A DNA stretch of 57,230 bases, counting the filler, from Sphacelaria rigidula (Eukaryota), in the NCBI GenBank assembly GCA_964200075.2. It is 7 parts of 7 records of this genome, joined end to end, with 100 filler letters (N's around TTAATTAATTAA, not from the genome) between each part and the next. Parts side by side here need not be neighbours in the genome. Positions count along the whole stretch, not along the records: positions 32,763 to 40,852 come from CAXNAA020012342.1; positions 40,953 to 49,041 come from CAXNAA020012343.1; positions 49,142 to 57,230 come from CAXNAA020012344.1; 4 more parts are not named here. One strand, 5' to 3'. The number at the start of each line of letters is the position of its first letter. Position 1 is the stretch's first letter. Positions 37,235-49,565 of the stretch are shown here, piece after piece. The notes beneath the pieces are model-generated. The model was not told where the DNA came from. It saw only the letters and a program-made list of their open reading frames with translations, and did not search any database. Position numbers and translations under genes: made by a program.

Positions 37235-37780
37235 CTGCAATTTCGTTGCTGCATGGACTAACTGCCTGTACAGGCACTTTGATTATGCAAGCCTCGTGAG
37301 GGAGAAGGGTGACCATATAAGAATCTTGATCGGTTACATTGAAAAAGGCTCTCGCAAGCTGCCAGAATATGCGCATCTCTCCCACCTCCCGCCTGGTATA
37401 AAAAGACGATGCTACAGTTTTTGCAAGCTCTAAGAAACATTGCCGGGCCCCGAGCGATTTTTCTTCGAATGAAACCCACTTTTTCTCAATCTCAAAACGT
37501 CTTCTAGGAGGAACAATCAATTCCGAACATGAACGGATCAACCTTAGTTCGATTCTATACTGATCGCTCGATGGAAATTCCAGAAAGATTTGGTAAAACT
37601 ATTCGAATGTATCCTTGAACGGCTGACCGTACCCAACTCTTGCACTTTTCGCCAGCTTCGAGCACGGGATTTGATATTATGAAATGAGACTCTGTTATGA
37701 CCACCTTTCTCCCTCACACGAGGCTTGCGCAATCGAACTGCCTGTACAGGCCGTCAGTACATGCAGCAACGAGATTGCAG
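37235..37780. mobile_element. MITE with ~100-bp or longer imperfect TIRs and TA TSD
   Basis: TA|CTGCAATTTCGTTGCTGCATG...CATGCAGCAACGAGATTGCAG|TA. Confidence 0.85.
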
Positions 37781-37820
37781 TATTTGACGTCAGCCAGAGG
37801 AAGGGCTGGTGAATCATTGC

Positions 37821-40720
37821 TGTTAAGGGGCTCCCCAGCCTTACTGGCCTCAGCTTCAGTTGTCAGCCTTTACAGTATTCTCATTATTCAGAAGTGCCGT
37901 TCCAAGGCACCCTCCTAGACACGCCGGGGTAGCAAACCACTGTCCCCGGTCATTATCCAGAATCTTCCAGCATCCCCGTGCCCCCAGTCATTATCCATAT
38001 CATCACTACCAACTCAACGTAATGGCGTATTTTCGTCGCAGCACCCCCAAAGCGCGTTGGACGAAAATCTATCAACAAGCTTGACACAGACAGAACGCCA
38101 AAACGGTAAGTAAGTCACATTTGAATACCAAACTTACTCGACATGCGAGCAGCAACGGCACGAGTCGTGCGCAATTTACTTAACTGCCTCGTACGAAATT
38201 CCGGAGTGGCCTCATGAATATCCTTGAAAGGCCCCCAAGTACGCTCCTCAACTTCGAAACCAACCCAGTCGACCAACACGATCAACAAGCGACCGTCTGC
38301 TTCCGCCACTCGGACAATATCAGTCATCTGAAATTGACCCTAATTGAGAGCATGCTGGAACACGTCCTTAACGTCAGCCGTAAAATAAGGTACGAGTCTG
38401 CATAAAATGCAAACGAGCTACATGGGCGGTCTGAACACGACCCGAAACTATGTTCTGGATCTCAAACACGTGCGGGTGGCGAGCACCAACTACTCTCCAT
38501 GAACCAGTCCACATGCACAACCGGATATCACGTGGTACGGCATACTATCGTACCGACGACGATGCGCTGTATTGAGCGCCCATTACACCGCAGGCAACAC
38601 ACGTCCACACACACGGAAACCGCTCTACGCTGCTCGAGAAGCATAGAGCGAAGAGAACGAGCTACTTCCTTGACCATGCCTTCGCACGTACCGTTAGACC
38701 ACGGAGGATACGCCACCGCAAATTGGTGATCAACGTGCAAAGCCTCTCCAATCGGGCCAAGACCGTATTCTTGAAATGCGTGGCGGTATATCACTCACCC
38801 ACACACGCGGCACCAGCCAGAACTCGGAATCCACAAAACGTTTCGGCCACGCACACGCACAGGAAACAGACCTTCATCGTTCAAGATAGCAGTACCAACG
38901 TCCGACTCGAAAGATTGCACGTCCGCATCTCCGGCCCCAAGGTCTTTTCGTTGCGCTTGGCGGACGACAGATTTGGACGGCATCGAGTCATCAGCTTTAC
39001 ACGGACCATACACAGCCACAGCGCGCACAGGCATTTGAATTTCAACTGTAGGCACCTGCATGACCAAACTACCCCAATTGCACTCAGATGCATCCGGGAA
39101 CATAAACACCTGACAATCAGGACGAGGATGGAATAGCGTCACGGCATGAGCCACCAGATCCTTCGCTGCGGCCCACGCCTGCAGCCTGCACTCCGTCCAC
39201 GATGCGGCCTCCTTCGGAAGCGCCATATCTGCACTGGACCACCCCGCCTGCAAATTCCGTGACACCAACCCGAGCGCCAAAAGAGCCGCCATGCACAACG
39301 CGAACCAACTCGACCTCACTGGATCGTACCGCCGCGGCTTCGTCTTTACCGCGGACGCCCCAGGTTTTGGCTGAAGACGCATGGGCTCCACGCGCGCAGG
39401 AGGATTACCCCGCAGCGCACGACGAAACGCGTTGACGTGGCAATGCAATATGCCGCGCAGGCGCTCCGCTTTTGAGACGCTGAGGCCTGTCGCCCTGGCA
39501 TCCATCACGCTCTCCTCCAGCGCGACCTTCCGAGCGGACTCCTCTTCCGCCGGAATCATTAACATCTCCGGGTCGCGCTCTACCGGGCGTTCCACCGCCG
39601 CATCCCGCTCCCCAGTCAACTGCCCTCCAGCCTCCTGCAAAGCATTCACCGACAAGCTCACGAGACGACTGCCCAAAGCGGCGAGCGTCTCCAAGCGCGG
39701 GCTAGGCGGAGACATCCGCGTCTTCATGGAGTTTCACGACCGCCGAGCGTCGACTCCAATATCCTGAAGCGTCGGCAACCCCAGACCAATGCCGAGATAG
39801 CCCCCCCCACAAAAAGTGCACCGGAGACCTTCCAACGAACCGGGTGCGATCTCACTATCGGGATCGTTCGCAGCAATTTCGCCTATATGAGAGGCGTGTA
39901 GCAGTTCAAGATCAGCTGTAACGCTCAAATGAGCCGTGTCGTGCAGCACGAAACCAGCTCTCACGGAATTTATGATCATCTCCTCCGTGCACGGTTTTGA
40001 CCGGTTCGGGGGGGGGGCTATCTCGGTAGCAGTCCCCAGACATCCGACCCCGGCATAATCGCAAACGAGATCGGAGGCAACTGCGCCGGCCCCCAGGAAG
40101 TCGTGAAAGTCAACTGCAGCAGAGTAGAACGCTCTGCAGCGTAAACATGCTGACCAGACGCGGTGACGGCCTACCGCGCCCCGAGCGAAAACAGAATCCG
40201 CGGTGGCACACCCTGGAGAAGATGCTCCAACATCTCTACAATCTGTACCGACAGACTCACATGACCCGCTAAGTAGGCGCCTGAATCCCACTTAGCCCGA
40301 ACCGCAATGGCGCCACGCTCCCGTTGATTTGGGAGACACAGCTCCGCAGGGACGTATCTGTCCGCAAACGCCAAAATATTTTCGTCATACAGAAAAATAC
40401 ACCGAACTACCAAGTAAAACCAACCCCCCCCCCCCCCCCCCCCCCTCTACAAGGGGGGAAAACCCCCAACGCCTTTAGGCAAAACAGGAAAAAAAGGGGA
40501 AACCACAAGGACCAACCCCNNNNNNNNNNGCTGTATCTGTCCCCAAAACCAAAAATTTTTTCCGCAAAAAAAAAAAAACCCCGAACTCCCAAGTAAAACC
40601 CCCCCCCCCCCCCCCCCGTTCTTTATACAGGGGGGATCAACGCCAAACGCTTTTGGGCATAACACGAAAATACGCCGAATCACCAAGTTCAAACGCTGCT
40701 ACTGCTGCGTGCAGAACCAT
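37821..40720 (-). mobile_element. internally deleted Ty3/gypsy chromovirus-like element (same family as 3437-5790), 3' LTR ~37821-38040
   Basis: Pre-RT segment PPARVEPM..KP...PRRY, AKDLVAHAVTLFHP..FPDAS, integrase remnant YPPWSNG..E, chromodomain VDWVGFEVEERTW; LTR homologous to 5642-5790. Confidence 0.92.
39785..40033 (-). mobile_element. 249-bp TIR element with perfect 6-bp direct repeat CCCCAG (copy 2)
   Basis: CCCCAG at 39779-39784 and 40034-40039; TIRs and interior homologous to 1970-2218. Confidence 0.92.
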
Positions 40721-40852
40721 GAGATTCAAGCCCCCCCCCCCCGTGATTCCTCAAAGTAGTATGCAGCAGCACCCACAATCGATGTCAGTTCATCGCACAA
40801 ACAATAGCCGATTCTCGAAAATGGGGTCGAAAAAGAGAATGAGCTTCAACTC

Positions 40853-40952
40853 NNNNNNNNNNNNNNNNNNNNNNNNNNNNNNNNNNNNNNNNNNNNTTAA
40901 TTAATTAANNNNNNNNNNNNNNNNNNNNNNNNNNNNNNNNNNNNNNNNNNNN
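40853..40952. other. artificial contig spacer
   Basis: 44N+TTAATTAATTAA+44N. Confidence 0.99.
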
Positions 40953-41007
<55 letters not shown>

Positions 41008-41013
41008 TAGTAA
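40953..41013. repeat. (TAA)n microsatellite
   Basis: Direct inspection. Confidence 0.95.
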
Positions 41014-41659
41014 TAATCGCTTTGCGCTACCCAGTCCAATCCAGATCAGGTGTTGGGCAAGAAAGAAGTCAAAGCAGCAACGAACGGGAGACTTAGTTCG
41101 AGGAAAGCTACGTTGAGGAGCTACTTGACATCGCAAAGGTTTGTGATTTCAAACTGACAAGTGACAAGTGTTATTGGTGAGGCTCTCCTCGTAAGACATC
41201 TTCTCACGCACAACACACAACTGGCCGTCTACGGTTGGCAGTGCTTTACTCTAGAGTTCATTTTGACGAGTCATCTTGGGCATCCGGTTCAGATCGTTGC
41301 GCCGAAATTGACGTCAAGAGAGAGACAAAGAGGAAAAGAGAGGAAGAGACCAACTGGCATGGGTTCATTGAAGAGATGATGTTCTAGCGGGCTACTGCAA
41401 ATTCCCAGAAGCAGCCGCGTTTCGAGCCTGCGGTTCGAGCCTGCGGTAGTAGGTTGTTTTTTACTCCTGCGGCTTGTAGCTCCCGCTTCTTTTTATGTTG
41501 TGGCTCAGTAGTTGAGGTGGGGGTATGATGACGTTCACCCGAGCGGGCAGACATGTTTTTTCCGTCATGGTTGAACATACTTTGTCTTTTGTTCAAGTGC
41601 ATATGGTGAAATACTGTTGTTGTTGTTGTTGTTGTTGTCATGACGCTCAGCTTCAGCTC

Positions 41660-44600
41660 AACATATACAGACAATACCAATACCCTCGGGCGGAGGGGGT
41701 GGATATGATGTCCCCCTCATACTGGCACCCTGTCCGGAGCTACGAAAAAGGAGTGTTGACAATCTCAGGCACCTTGTTTGATACTCGTGCGATTTGCTTG
41801 GATTCAGTGACTGCGATCGTTCCGTCGACACCCGGATCACTTTCGTGCCATGTGGGGCGCGCGCCGATACAACCTCTGACCGTAACCTTGATCCTCGTAA
41901 TAGAAGCTTGGCAGCCCCCCGATCGTCCGAGGCCCCAGTACGAGGGCGTGTCTTAGCACATTCTTTTTCGATCGAAATTATGCGGTGGAAAACAAAAATC
42001 CCGATCTGACAAGTCGTCATTTCAAACATCGTCGTTAATTTTGAAGATAGTTTGAATCACGATTTATCAAATGAGGGATTTTGTTTTCCACCGCACTTTC
42101 TCGGTCGAAAAATGATGTGCGAAGAAACGGCCTGAGAAAAGGCGCCCTGACGCCGATTATCAGCCTGTCGGCAGATCTGACGGATGAAATACCCGCCGTC
42201 TTGTTACAACTGAGTGAATTCTTGTATCCGTGCAAATCGTCTGCTCCTTTGTGTCCAGCTACCGTACGCATGGTTGATCCGACTGATTGTTTGATTGTCG
42301 CACTTAAACTGACCTACAGGGATTCATTCAGCCGTCGTCACATGATGGATGTACCCGAGACAACACAGAACCAAAACACTCGCTGCAGAAAACGAAGAGA
42401 CAGAACAGGTAGAACGAAACATATTATAGCATACTGACGCGTGTACTACTCGTACTCCTATTCGAAATTCGATGCAACCCGGTAGCTGGGCGCGTCTAAA
42501 CAAACGATATTTGCATGAGGAAAGTGCGATGGAAAAGACTGATGGGCGGGTGGTCACGTCAACGTAATAAACAAACATTGTGCACATCAACGACGACCTG
42601 CCACATGAAAATATTTCTTTTCCGCCGCATTCCGTTTCTGCCGCACTTTTTCGATCGAAGAATTGATTACGAAGGGTGTGTACTGGCACATGATGTTTCC
42701 GAAAATGTGTGGTGGAGAAGGAAAATTCAAAATCCTGATGTGACGGGTGGTGATTTCAAGATAAATAACGTGCACATGAATGAACTGCCCTGACCGATCA
42801 GATTGGAATTTGATTTTTTCTTGCAGATGAATGATGACCTGCCCGGTCGTCCCGGTATATCGGATCGGATTTTTTATTTCCCACCGCAGCTTCGACCAGC
42901 AACGACCAGTTCGATATTCGCGCCAGATCTGCATGCAGAATATTGGGATGAGCAGAAAGGAAAACGTACTTTGAAGGACAGTTGTACGCATAACGTGTTT
43001 GAAGTCAAAGAAGGTCATCTACTGACATATTTCACGTAATGTAGGTTCGTACGTCACGTTCTTTCGGTCATCAATACCATATACCAGTCCCTGTATATAG
43101 GGTACATGATGTGACGTACTTGGATATAGTTTTTTTTATCGTATATCCCTTAAAAAACGTGGACGACGTCATGTGGGGATTTTTGACGATTATCGTATAG
43201 CGAATATGTATATATAGCATACAGAAAGGGCCACCCTATATATCTGTTACCACGGGTTCGAGAGATTGGGCTAATGTGTAAAATAAAAATATAATCAAAA
43301 TGTCACCATTGCGCCCTCGCCGCCCCCCCTCCCCGCACTCAAACACATCTCCACCTCCAAAAATACTCAGCGACTATCAAAAAGGTATGTGACTAATAGA
43401 CTAGAAGATGTACCAGCTGCCACCCGTGTACGCCCAGTCGTTTATTTTGGCTTGATAGTACATTTTACGACGAGAGCCCTGCTACCCAGCCTGTTACTCG
43501 AAACACGTATAGTACCCAAAACCCTCGGGCGAAGGGTATCTGTTTGATGTCCTAGGCAAGAAGTGTGCGTTGTTGGCACGGCTCGAGTCCGCGCGCCAGC
43601 TTACTAAGCGCATGTTTGTGTTGGTGTGGCTTCGCTTACCGGCCGACGAGAAATATCACATGGCAGTACAGTACGGCATAGCGGGCTTTACTCGAAGGGG
43701 CTTACCGCCCTGAGTTTGGCGTGAGATAGATGAGATAATCAAGGAGAGGGCTACTCGGTGCTTACCATCTCCTCTGGCAATGGTGTGTCGAAACGTTTTC
43801 CTGGGTGAAACATGGAATGTTGATGTTACTCGTGCGATTTGCTTGATTTCATTTCAGTGATCATTCTCTTTCCGTCGAGACTCGGGCCACATCTGTAGCA
43901 CGGGGCGCGCGCGTCGATATAACCTCTAGCTCCAACCGTGATCCTCATTCTAGGAACTTGGCACGCCCCCATCGTCGGAGGGCTCTCGCTGTTTTTTTTT
44001 TTTGTGAGCCGGGGGTAGGATTAGAGCCGAGGTTATTTCGTGGGGCTGGGTAGTCGTCAGCCTCACTGTTAAGGAAGGGGCTTTGACCGCGAATATCAAC
44101 CGGTTGGCAGGTGTGACGGATGAAATATCCGCTGTTTGGTTTTTCGAATGAGTAAATTCTTATATTTGTGCAAACTGTGTGCTCCCTCTTGAGTATTGCT
44201 TGCGCTGGTTGGCTGAGAACACGGAACTGCATTGTACTGCTGTAGTGCAAGTTCTATTGAGATTGCCAGTGTAGCCTTCTCCCCCTCTCGACCGGTCATC
44301 AGTTTGTCTCGAACTACTGTACGTATATTGCTTCAATTAATAATTTGATCCAATCCGATAGCTGAGGGCGTCTTGGCAAACGAATTATCGATCGAAAAAG
44401 TGCGATGGAAGAGACTCATGGATAGGTCGTCATTTCCACATGAACGGCGTGGACATCAACTACGACCTAGCAGATGGGATTTTTCGAATTTTCTCTTTTC
44501 CGCTGCACTCAGTCATCACCGCACATTTTCGATCGAAGTATGATCTGTTGGGATACTGTCCACTGTCAGGCCGTGCTTACAGTAGCAAATTGTTCTTGAT

Positions 44601-45995
44601 CGGAAGAGTGCCGTGGAAACTAAAAAATCCCGTCTGACAGTTCGTCATTCCACAGTCTCCAATCTCTCGAGTCGTCATTATGTCGACGTCACTTGTGTTG
44701 ACATGACGATATCTCAGGTCGGGATTTTCGTTCTCCACCACACCTTTTCCGTCAAGGAATAATTCGCTACGAGCACATTATTCTTTTATCGAAAAAGTAC
44801 GTCGGAGATGAAGAATCCGATCTGATAGGTCGTCATTCATGTCTCTCGTTGTTTACGTCAAAATGACGAGCTATCCAATTGGATTTTTTCTTATCTCTTC
44901 AATTGCGCTCGTTCACCCAAAAAATAGCGTGCTGAGCACACATGGAATTTTTCTTGGACGTCATTCGCGTAGGAAATTTATACGCACTATAAAGAGTGTT
45001 GTGTACACAGACATTATGTCCATAACCCTCCCCTCCGCACCCCTCCCCTCGAAAACACGTTGGAGTAATATATGTTCATGTCTTGTGGTCAAGTTCATTC
45101 CTTGTGCGCTCCCTCGTGTGTGCCGAAGGGCGCGGCGTTATATCGGGTACTCGAACATATTTCACGTGATGTAGGTTCGTACGTCACGTTCTTGATATCA
45201 TATACCAGTCTCTGTATATAGGGTACATGATATGACGTACTTGGATATAGTTTTTTTTATCGCATATCCCTTAAAAAACGTGGACGACGTCATATGGGGA
45301 TTTTTGACGATTATCGTATAGCGAATATGTATATATAGCATACAGAAAGGGCCACCCTATATCTGTTACCACGGGTTCGAGAGATCGGGCTAATGTGTAA
45401 AATAAAAATATAATCAAAATGTCACCATTGCGCCCTCGCCGCCCCCCCTCCCCGCACTCAAACACATCTCCACCTCCAAAAATACTCAGCGACTATCAAA
45501 AAGGTATGTGACTAATAGACTAGAAGATGTACCAGCTGCCACCCGTGTACGCCCAGTCGTTTATTTTGGCTTGATAGTACATTTTACGACGAGAGCCCTG
45601 CTACCCAGCCTGTTACTCGAAACACGTATAGTACCCAAAACCCTCGGGCGAAGGGTATCTGTTTGATGTCCTAGGCAAGAAGTGTGCGGTGTTGGTACGG
45701 CTTGAGTCCGCGCGCCAGCTTACTAAGCGCATGTTTGTGTTGGTGTGGCTTCGCTTACCGGCCGACGAGAAACATCACATGGCAGTACAGTACGGCATAG
45801 CGGGCTTTACTCGAAGGGGCTTACCGCCCTGAGTTTGGCGCTCTGACAGCGAATATCAATCTGTCGGTAGATGTGACGGATGAAATATCCGCTGTTTTGT
45901 TTTCGAATGAGCAAATTCTTGTATTATTCGTGCACACCGTGTGCTCCCTCTTGAGCGCTGCTTGTGCTGGTTGGCTGAGAACACGGAACCGCATC
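41660..45995 (-). mobile_element. tandem array (period 2119 bp) of probable non-autonomous Helitron-like units; complete middle unit 43401-45519
   Basis: Blocks 43025-43721 and 45155-45840 are nearly identical. The minus strand reads imperfect hairpin-ATCTT-CTAG|TCTATTAG at 43400/43401 and 45519/45520. Interiors are homologous but diverged. Confidence 0.55.
43992..44081 (-). mobile_element. possible tRNA-derived SINE remnant with A tail
   Basis: Degenerate B-box GGCTCTAATCC and a 12-nt A tail on the minus strand. Confidence 0.3.
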
Positions 45996-46059
45996 GGTGC
46001 GGAGTGTATCTGACGTCGCACCTCTCCTTGACCCCACCCACATTTGACAGCCTATCGCC

Positions 46060-46158
46060 ATGGAGTCGCGCATGCGTCGCTGCGAGGACGAGCTCGCCAC
46101 CCAAGAAGTGTGGAACTCGTCTTCGGAGGCAAAGTTGGAAAACCTCAAGACAGGCATG
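46060..46158 (+). CDS. coiled-coil protein, first recognisable coding exon
   Basis: gccATGG context; MESRMRRCEDELATQEVW...KTGM|gtgagt; 99 nt. Confidence 0.75.
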
Positions 46159-46388
46159 GTGAGTCACACGACTTCGTTTGTAGTCGCGTTTACATGTCCG
46201 TTTAGATTACCAGTATTAATTTCTCAGAACATGGATTTTTCGTTCGCAGTGGAAGTGGTTGTGCCTTCCGTACGTGTTGATATTCGTTTTCTGCACCATG
46301 CTGGAAAGTGTGGCGGACTTGCATTCCCTCACACGTGCAAAAACTACTGCATACATCCGCCGGTGTCGTAACTGCTCGACCCTTGCAG

Positions 46389-46643
46389 CAAAGAGCAGTT
46401 ACTGCGGCCAACGACCAGGTCGCCGTAGCTCAGGCCCGGTTGGGTGCCGTCGACACCGGCATCACTGCGCTCAGCTATCAGGCGGGGCTGACGGAGGAAA
46501 TGCTCAGAAATCTGAGCGAGTTCACCCTTGCGTTCAAGGCGGGAGAGGAGAGGAGGAGCCAATGGCTCCAGCAGACGACGAGCGATGTTGCCCAGCAAGG
46601 GCTCAGCAACGAGACGTCAATCGCTGTCGTGAAGGACGCCATG
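46389..46643 (+). CDS. coiled-coil protein, exon 2
   Basis: ttgcag|CAA...ATG|gtgtgt; 255 nt, phase 0-0. Confidence 0.8.
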
Positions 46644-47232
46644 GTGTGTGCATGTGTTATGATTGTGTGTGCATCGGATAGAGAAAGAAGCGGGGGGGGG
46701 GCGGGTTGTTTTTCTTGTACAATAGTTGACATAGCCATTGAACGGGTCTTGTTTATTTTCGTCCAGGCCCGCCTCATTGGGTACATGTTGTACAGTGTGA
46801 GACCCCGAATCGCATGCCTCATTTGTTGCGTTGGTTTTTGTACTCGTGGTGCTCTGTTCCGGGTTGTTGCTGTATGTGTATCGGGACCTTTGGATCAAGA
46901 CGTGCATGAGCACGAAGCGGCGCTACGCACTGCGCCCTACCGCCACGATGCCTGGGTAGAGATTGAGCACGACCAACGCAGCTGCTGTAGGAAGTAGCAT
47001 CGCATCCAACTATTGGGTGTCTAGATGGTGTCTTGCGTACGGCAGAAGCAGAAGGCACCTTGGTGTGACGGACAAACGCCGGACATGACACTTTCTTCAT
47101 TTTTCGCACAAGTGCTGTACTGTCTTTTTGCGAGCCTTTCCCCCCCCTCCCTCATTCACCCCATTCACCTCATGCTTCCACCCGTCCATCTGTCCGTGCG
47201 TGTCCGAAACGCCCTCGATTGATCCCGTGCAG

Positions 47233-47868
47233 GTGGCCATAGTCCGAGCCGGTGCAGAGAAGGTGGGAAGGGTCGACGACCGGGTGGGAACGATGGCCAG
47301 ACAAATGGCCGACATTCGAAGGCAAACGTATGAGATCCGACAGGACATCGACGTCTCGCGAGCCAAGACGATGGGGCTTCGAGTTGACAATGAGGAGATG
47401 CGCCGCACACTAGCGGATATGGAGACAACCGCCGACGCCAGAGCGTTCCATGTGGCCACCCTGGAGGGGTGTACGCAAAGGTGGGGGTACATGTCCGGCG
47501 AAAACCGGGGCATGATCCTCAGGCTCTCGGCCCAGCTCGAGAGTGTGGAGAAGGTTGTTCACAACCTTCAAGATGAGAAGGAGAAGGATAGGGCAGAGCG
47601 AGAGAAGATGGAGCTCCGTCTTGGTGTTCACCAACAGCAGCTGTCCGCGCAGCAGCAGCAAATTTCGGCGTACGAGCGTCAATTTCAAGAAATGGAGCAG
47701 CAACTCGAAGTGCAGCAGCAGCAGCTGCTCGCCCATCAAGATAAGGCTGCGCAAGAGAAGGCAGGGATGTGCGAGCTGCAACAGCAGCTCGCGGAGCTCC
47801 GTGAGGAACATGTTGGGCAGGCGAAGGCCGCGGCTGACCCGGCAATTCCTCATGTTGTGCTGTCACCG
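47233..47868 (+). CDS. coiled-coil protein, exon 3 (Q/E-rich heptads)
   Basis: gtgcag|GTG...CCG|gtgagg; 636 nt, phase 0-0. Confidence 0.85.
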
Positions 47869-48274
47869 GTGAGGAATATGGTTTGGGCGAAGGTGAAGGG
47901 GGGTGACAGGTGACGGCGTGTGGAGCTTGCTCGTTGTCGTTGGGCTCGGCCAAATGTTCGCTTGTGCCGTGCGCCGTCTGTGTCCATTTTTTTACTGGAT
48001 TGCCGCTGCGTCGGCCAGTTGTGTTGTGGATAGTTGCTGTGTGTACGGTAGTACATGTGTGCTGCCGAAGGCGTGTTGCCGAAACGATGAGTAAACACGG
48101 CAGCATGTGTTGTTTTTGGTCGTCTAGGCGTCGAGCAACATACTTGAACCGATTTTGGGTTCACGGAATGTTCACCGGTGATTGGCCTAGCAAGGCAACA
48201 AACCAACACAGGAGACTTTCTTGACGAAAGAAAGCACGACCTTTCCTTGTCGTTCCACGATGTTTGTACAACAG

Positions 48275-48457
48275 GCGCAAGTGATGGCAACAGGCGAGGA
48301 CGACTCTGGCCTGGCGAGCGCCAAAGACCAACCGCCCGTTCGGCCCGCCGTGGTTGAGGACGATCGGCGCCGAACCTCCTCGTGCGGTCGGCGTCTGTGT
48401 TCGCCACAGGAGACGGCGATCCCCGCTCCCGAGTGGGTTACCTACGGATGGCATGTG
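48275..48457 (+). CDS. coiled-coil protein, exon 4 (3' end not seen)
   Basis: caacag|GCG...GTG|gtgagt; 183 nt, phase 0-0. Confidence 0.75.
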
Positions 48458-49041
48458 GTGAGTGGGCATTTGTAGGCGTCATGAACGGCAATGCACTCGC
48501 CACGACAAATGGTATCAGACGTTAGTCGGAGTGTCATTGTCCCACAAATTTGCTTGGTTTTACATGCGCTTCTCCGCGTGGCGCCGAATGTCTGCATACA
48601 TGTACGGGCTATGGCGCCAGCAGGGGCTGTGTGTTGCTATGACTGAACAAAAGAACGTACGGTCCTGAACATGAAAATTAAACCAAGGATGGGAGAGAAC
48701 AAAACACAGACCCACAGCTCCTTTTTTTTTGTTTTGACCCTCCAGGAAAGGGGGGTAAGACATTCTATGAATAGCTCGCATATACAACTATTTCCAAACT
48801 TAGGCATATACAAAACGAGTCACTTGAGGTGAAGACTAACTACGGTAAACTACTTGAACTAGGTATAAGTGATCTTATCCTTGTTGGGGCAGAGTGCTTC
48901 AATGTCTTTGTCTTTCTCCACCCGTCGGGGGGAACAGGGGGGGAGGGGGGGGGGGGGGGGGCTTAGGGCCAATAATATGCGATATTTTTTTTGCATCCTG
49001 TAGTTGTACCCCCTTCTTACTGTTTGGTTTGCTTTAGAGAT

Positions 49042-49141
49042 NNNNNNNNNNNNNNNNNNNNNNNNNNNNNNNNNNNNNNNNNNNNTTAATTAATTAANNN
49101 NNNNNNNNNNNNNNNNNNNNNNNNNNNNNNNNNNNNNNNNN
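49042..49141. other. artificial contig spacer
   Basis: 44N+TTAATTAATTAA+44N. Confidence 0.99.
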
Positions 49142-49565
49142 AGGCGTGTTTTTGACACGACGCCCCAAAGCGCGCGGCGGGGGAGCGGGTGGGGATCGGG
49201 TTTTTTGCCCCCCCCCCCCCCCCCGTCACATGTGCTTTAGATCGTCAGAGCCACGAGTCGAGGGTACAGAGCGAAGCAATCACTTCGGAGAGACAATCGG
49301 ATGCATTTTTGCGACGTATGGAGCTTTGTAGCAACTCACGCGCCTGCCGGCGAAAGGTTTTAATGGATAGAGTCGACGTCCAACGCGTGTACGATCTGGT
49401 CGTAGTGTTGTACTCGGTGTGGCCGAGGAAGGACTACAGCGGCCTGGCTGTTGCTGCTTCCTTGAATTTTTAGACTATGAACAAGCACGTTGATTCGATG
49501 GTATCTATTTTGACTGTTGCTTGAATGCTTTGAAACATACCTCATTTCGTGCTGTTTGTTCCCAG

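Noticed and set aside
37116..37541. 141-aa ORF that looked transposase-like
   Set aside because: It runs across the TIR of the 37235-37780 MITE and into flanking DNA, so it is a chance frame.
40400..40660. Degenerate duplication with poly-C/poly-A around an N run
   Set aside because: Same artefact: a homopolymer-smeared copy of the adjacent sequence.
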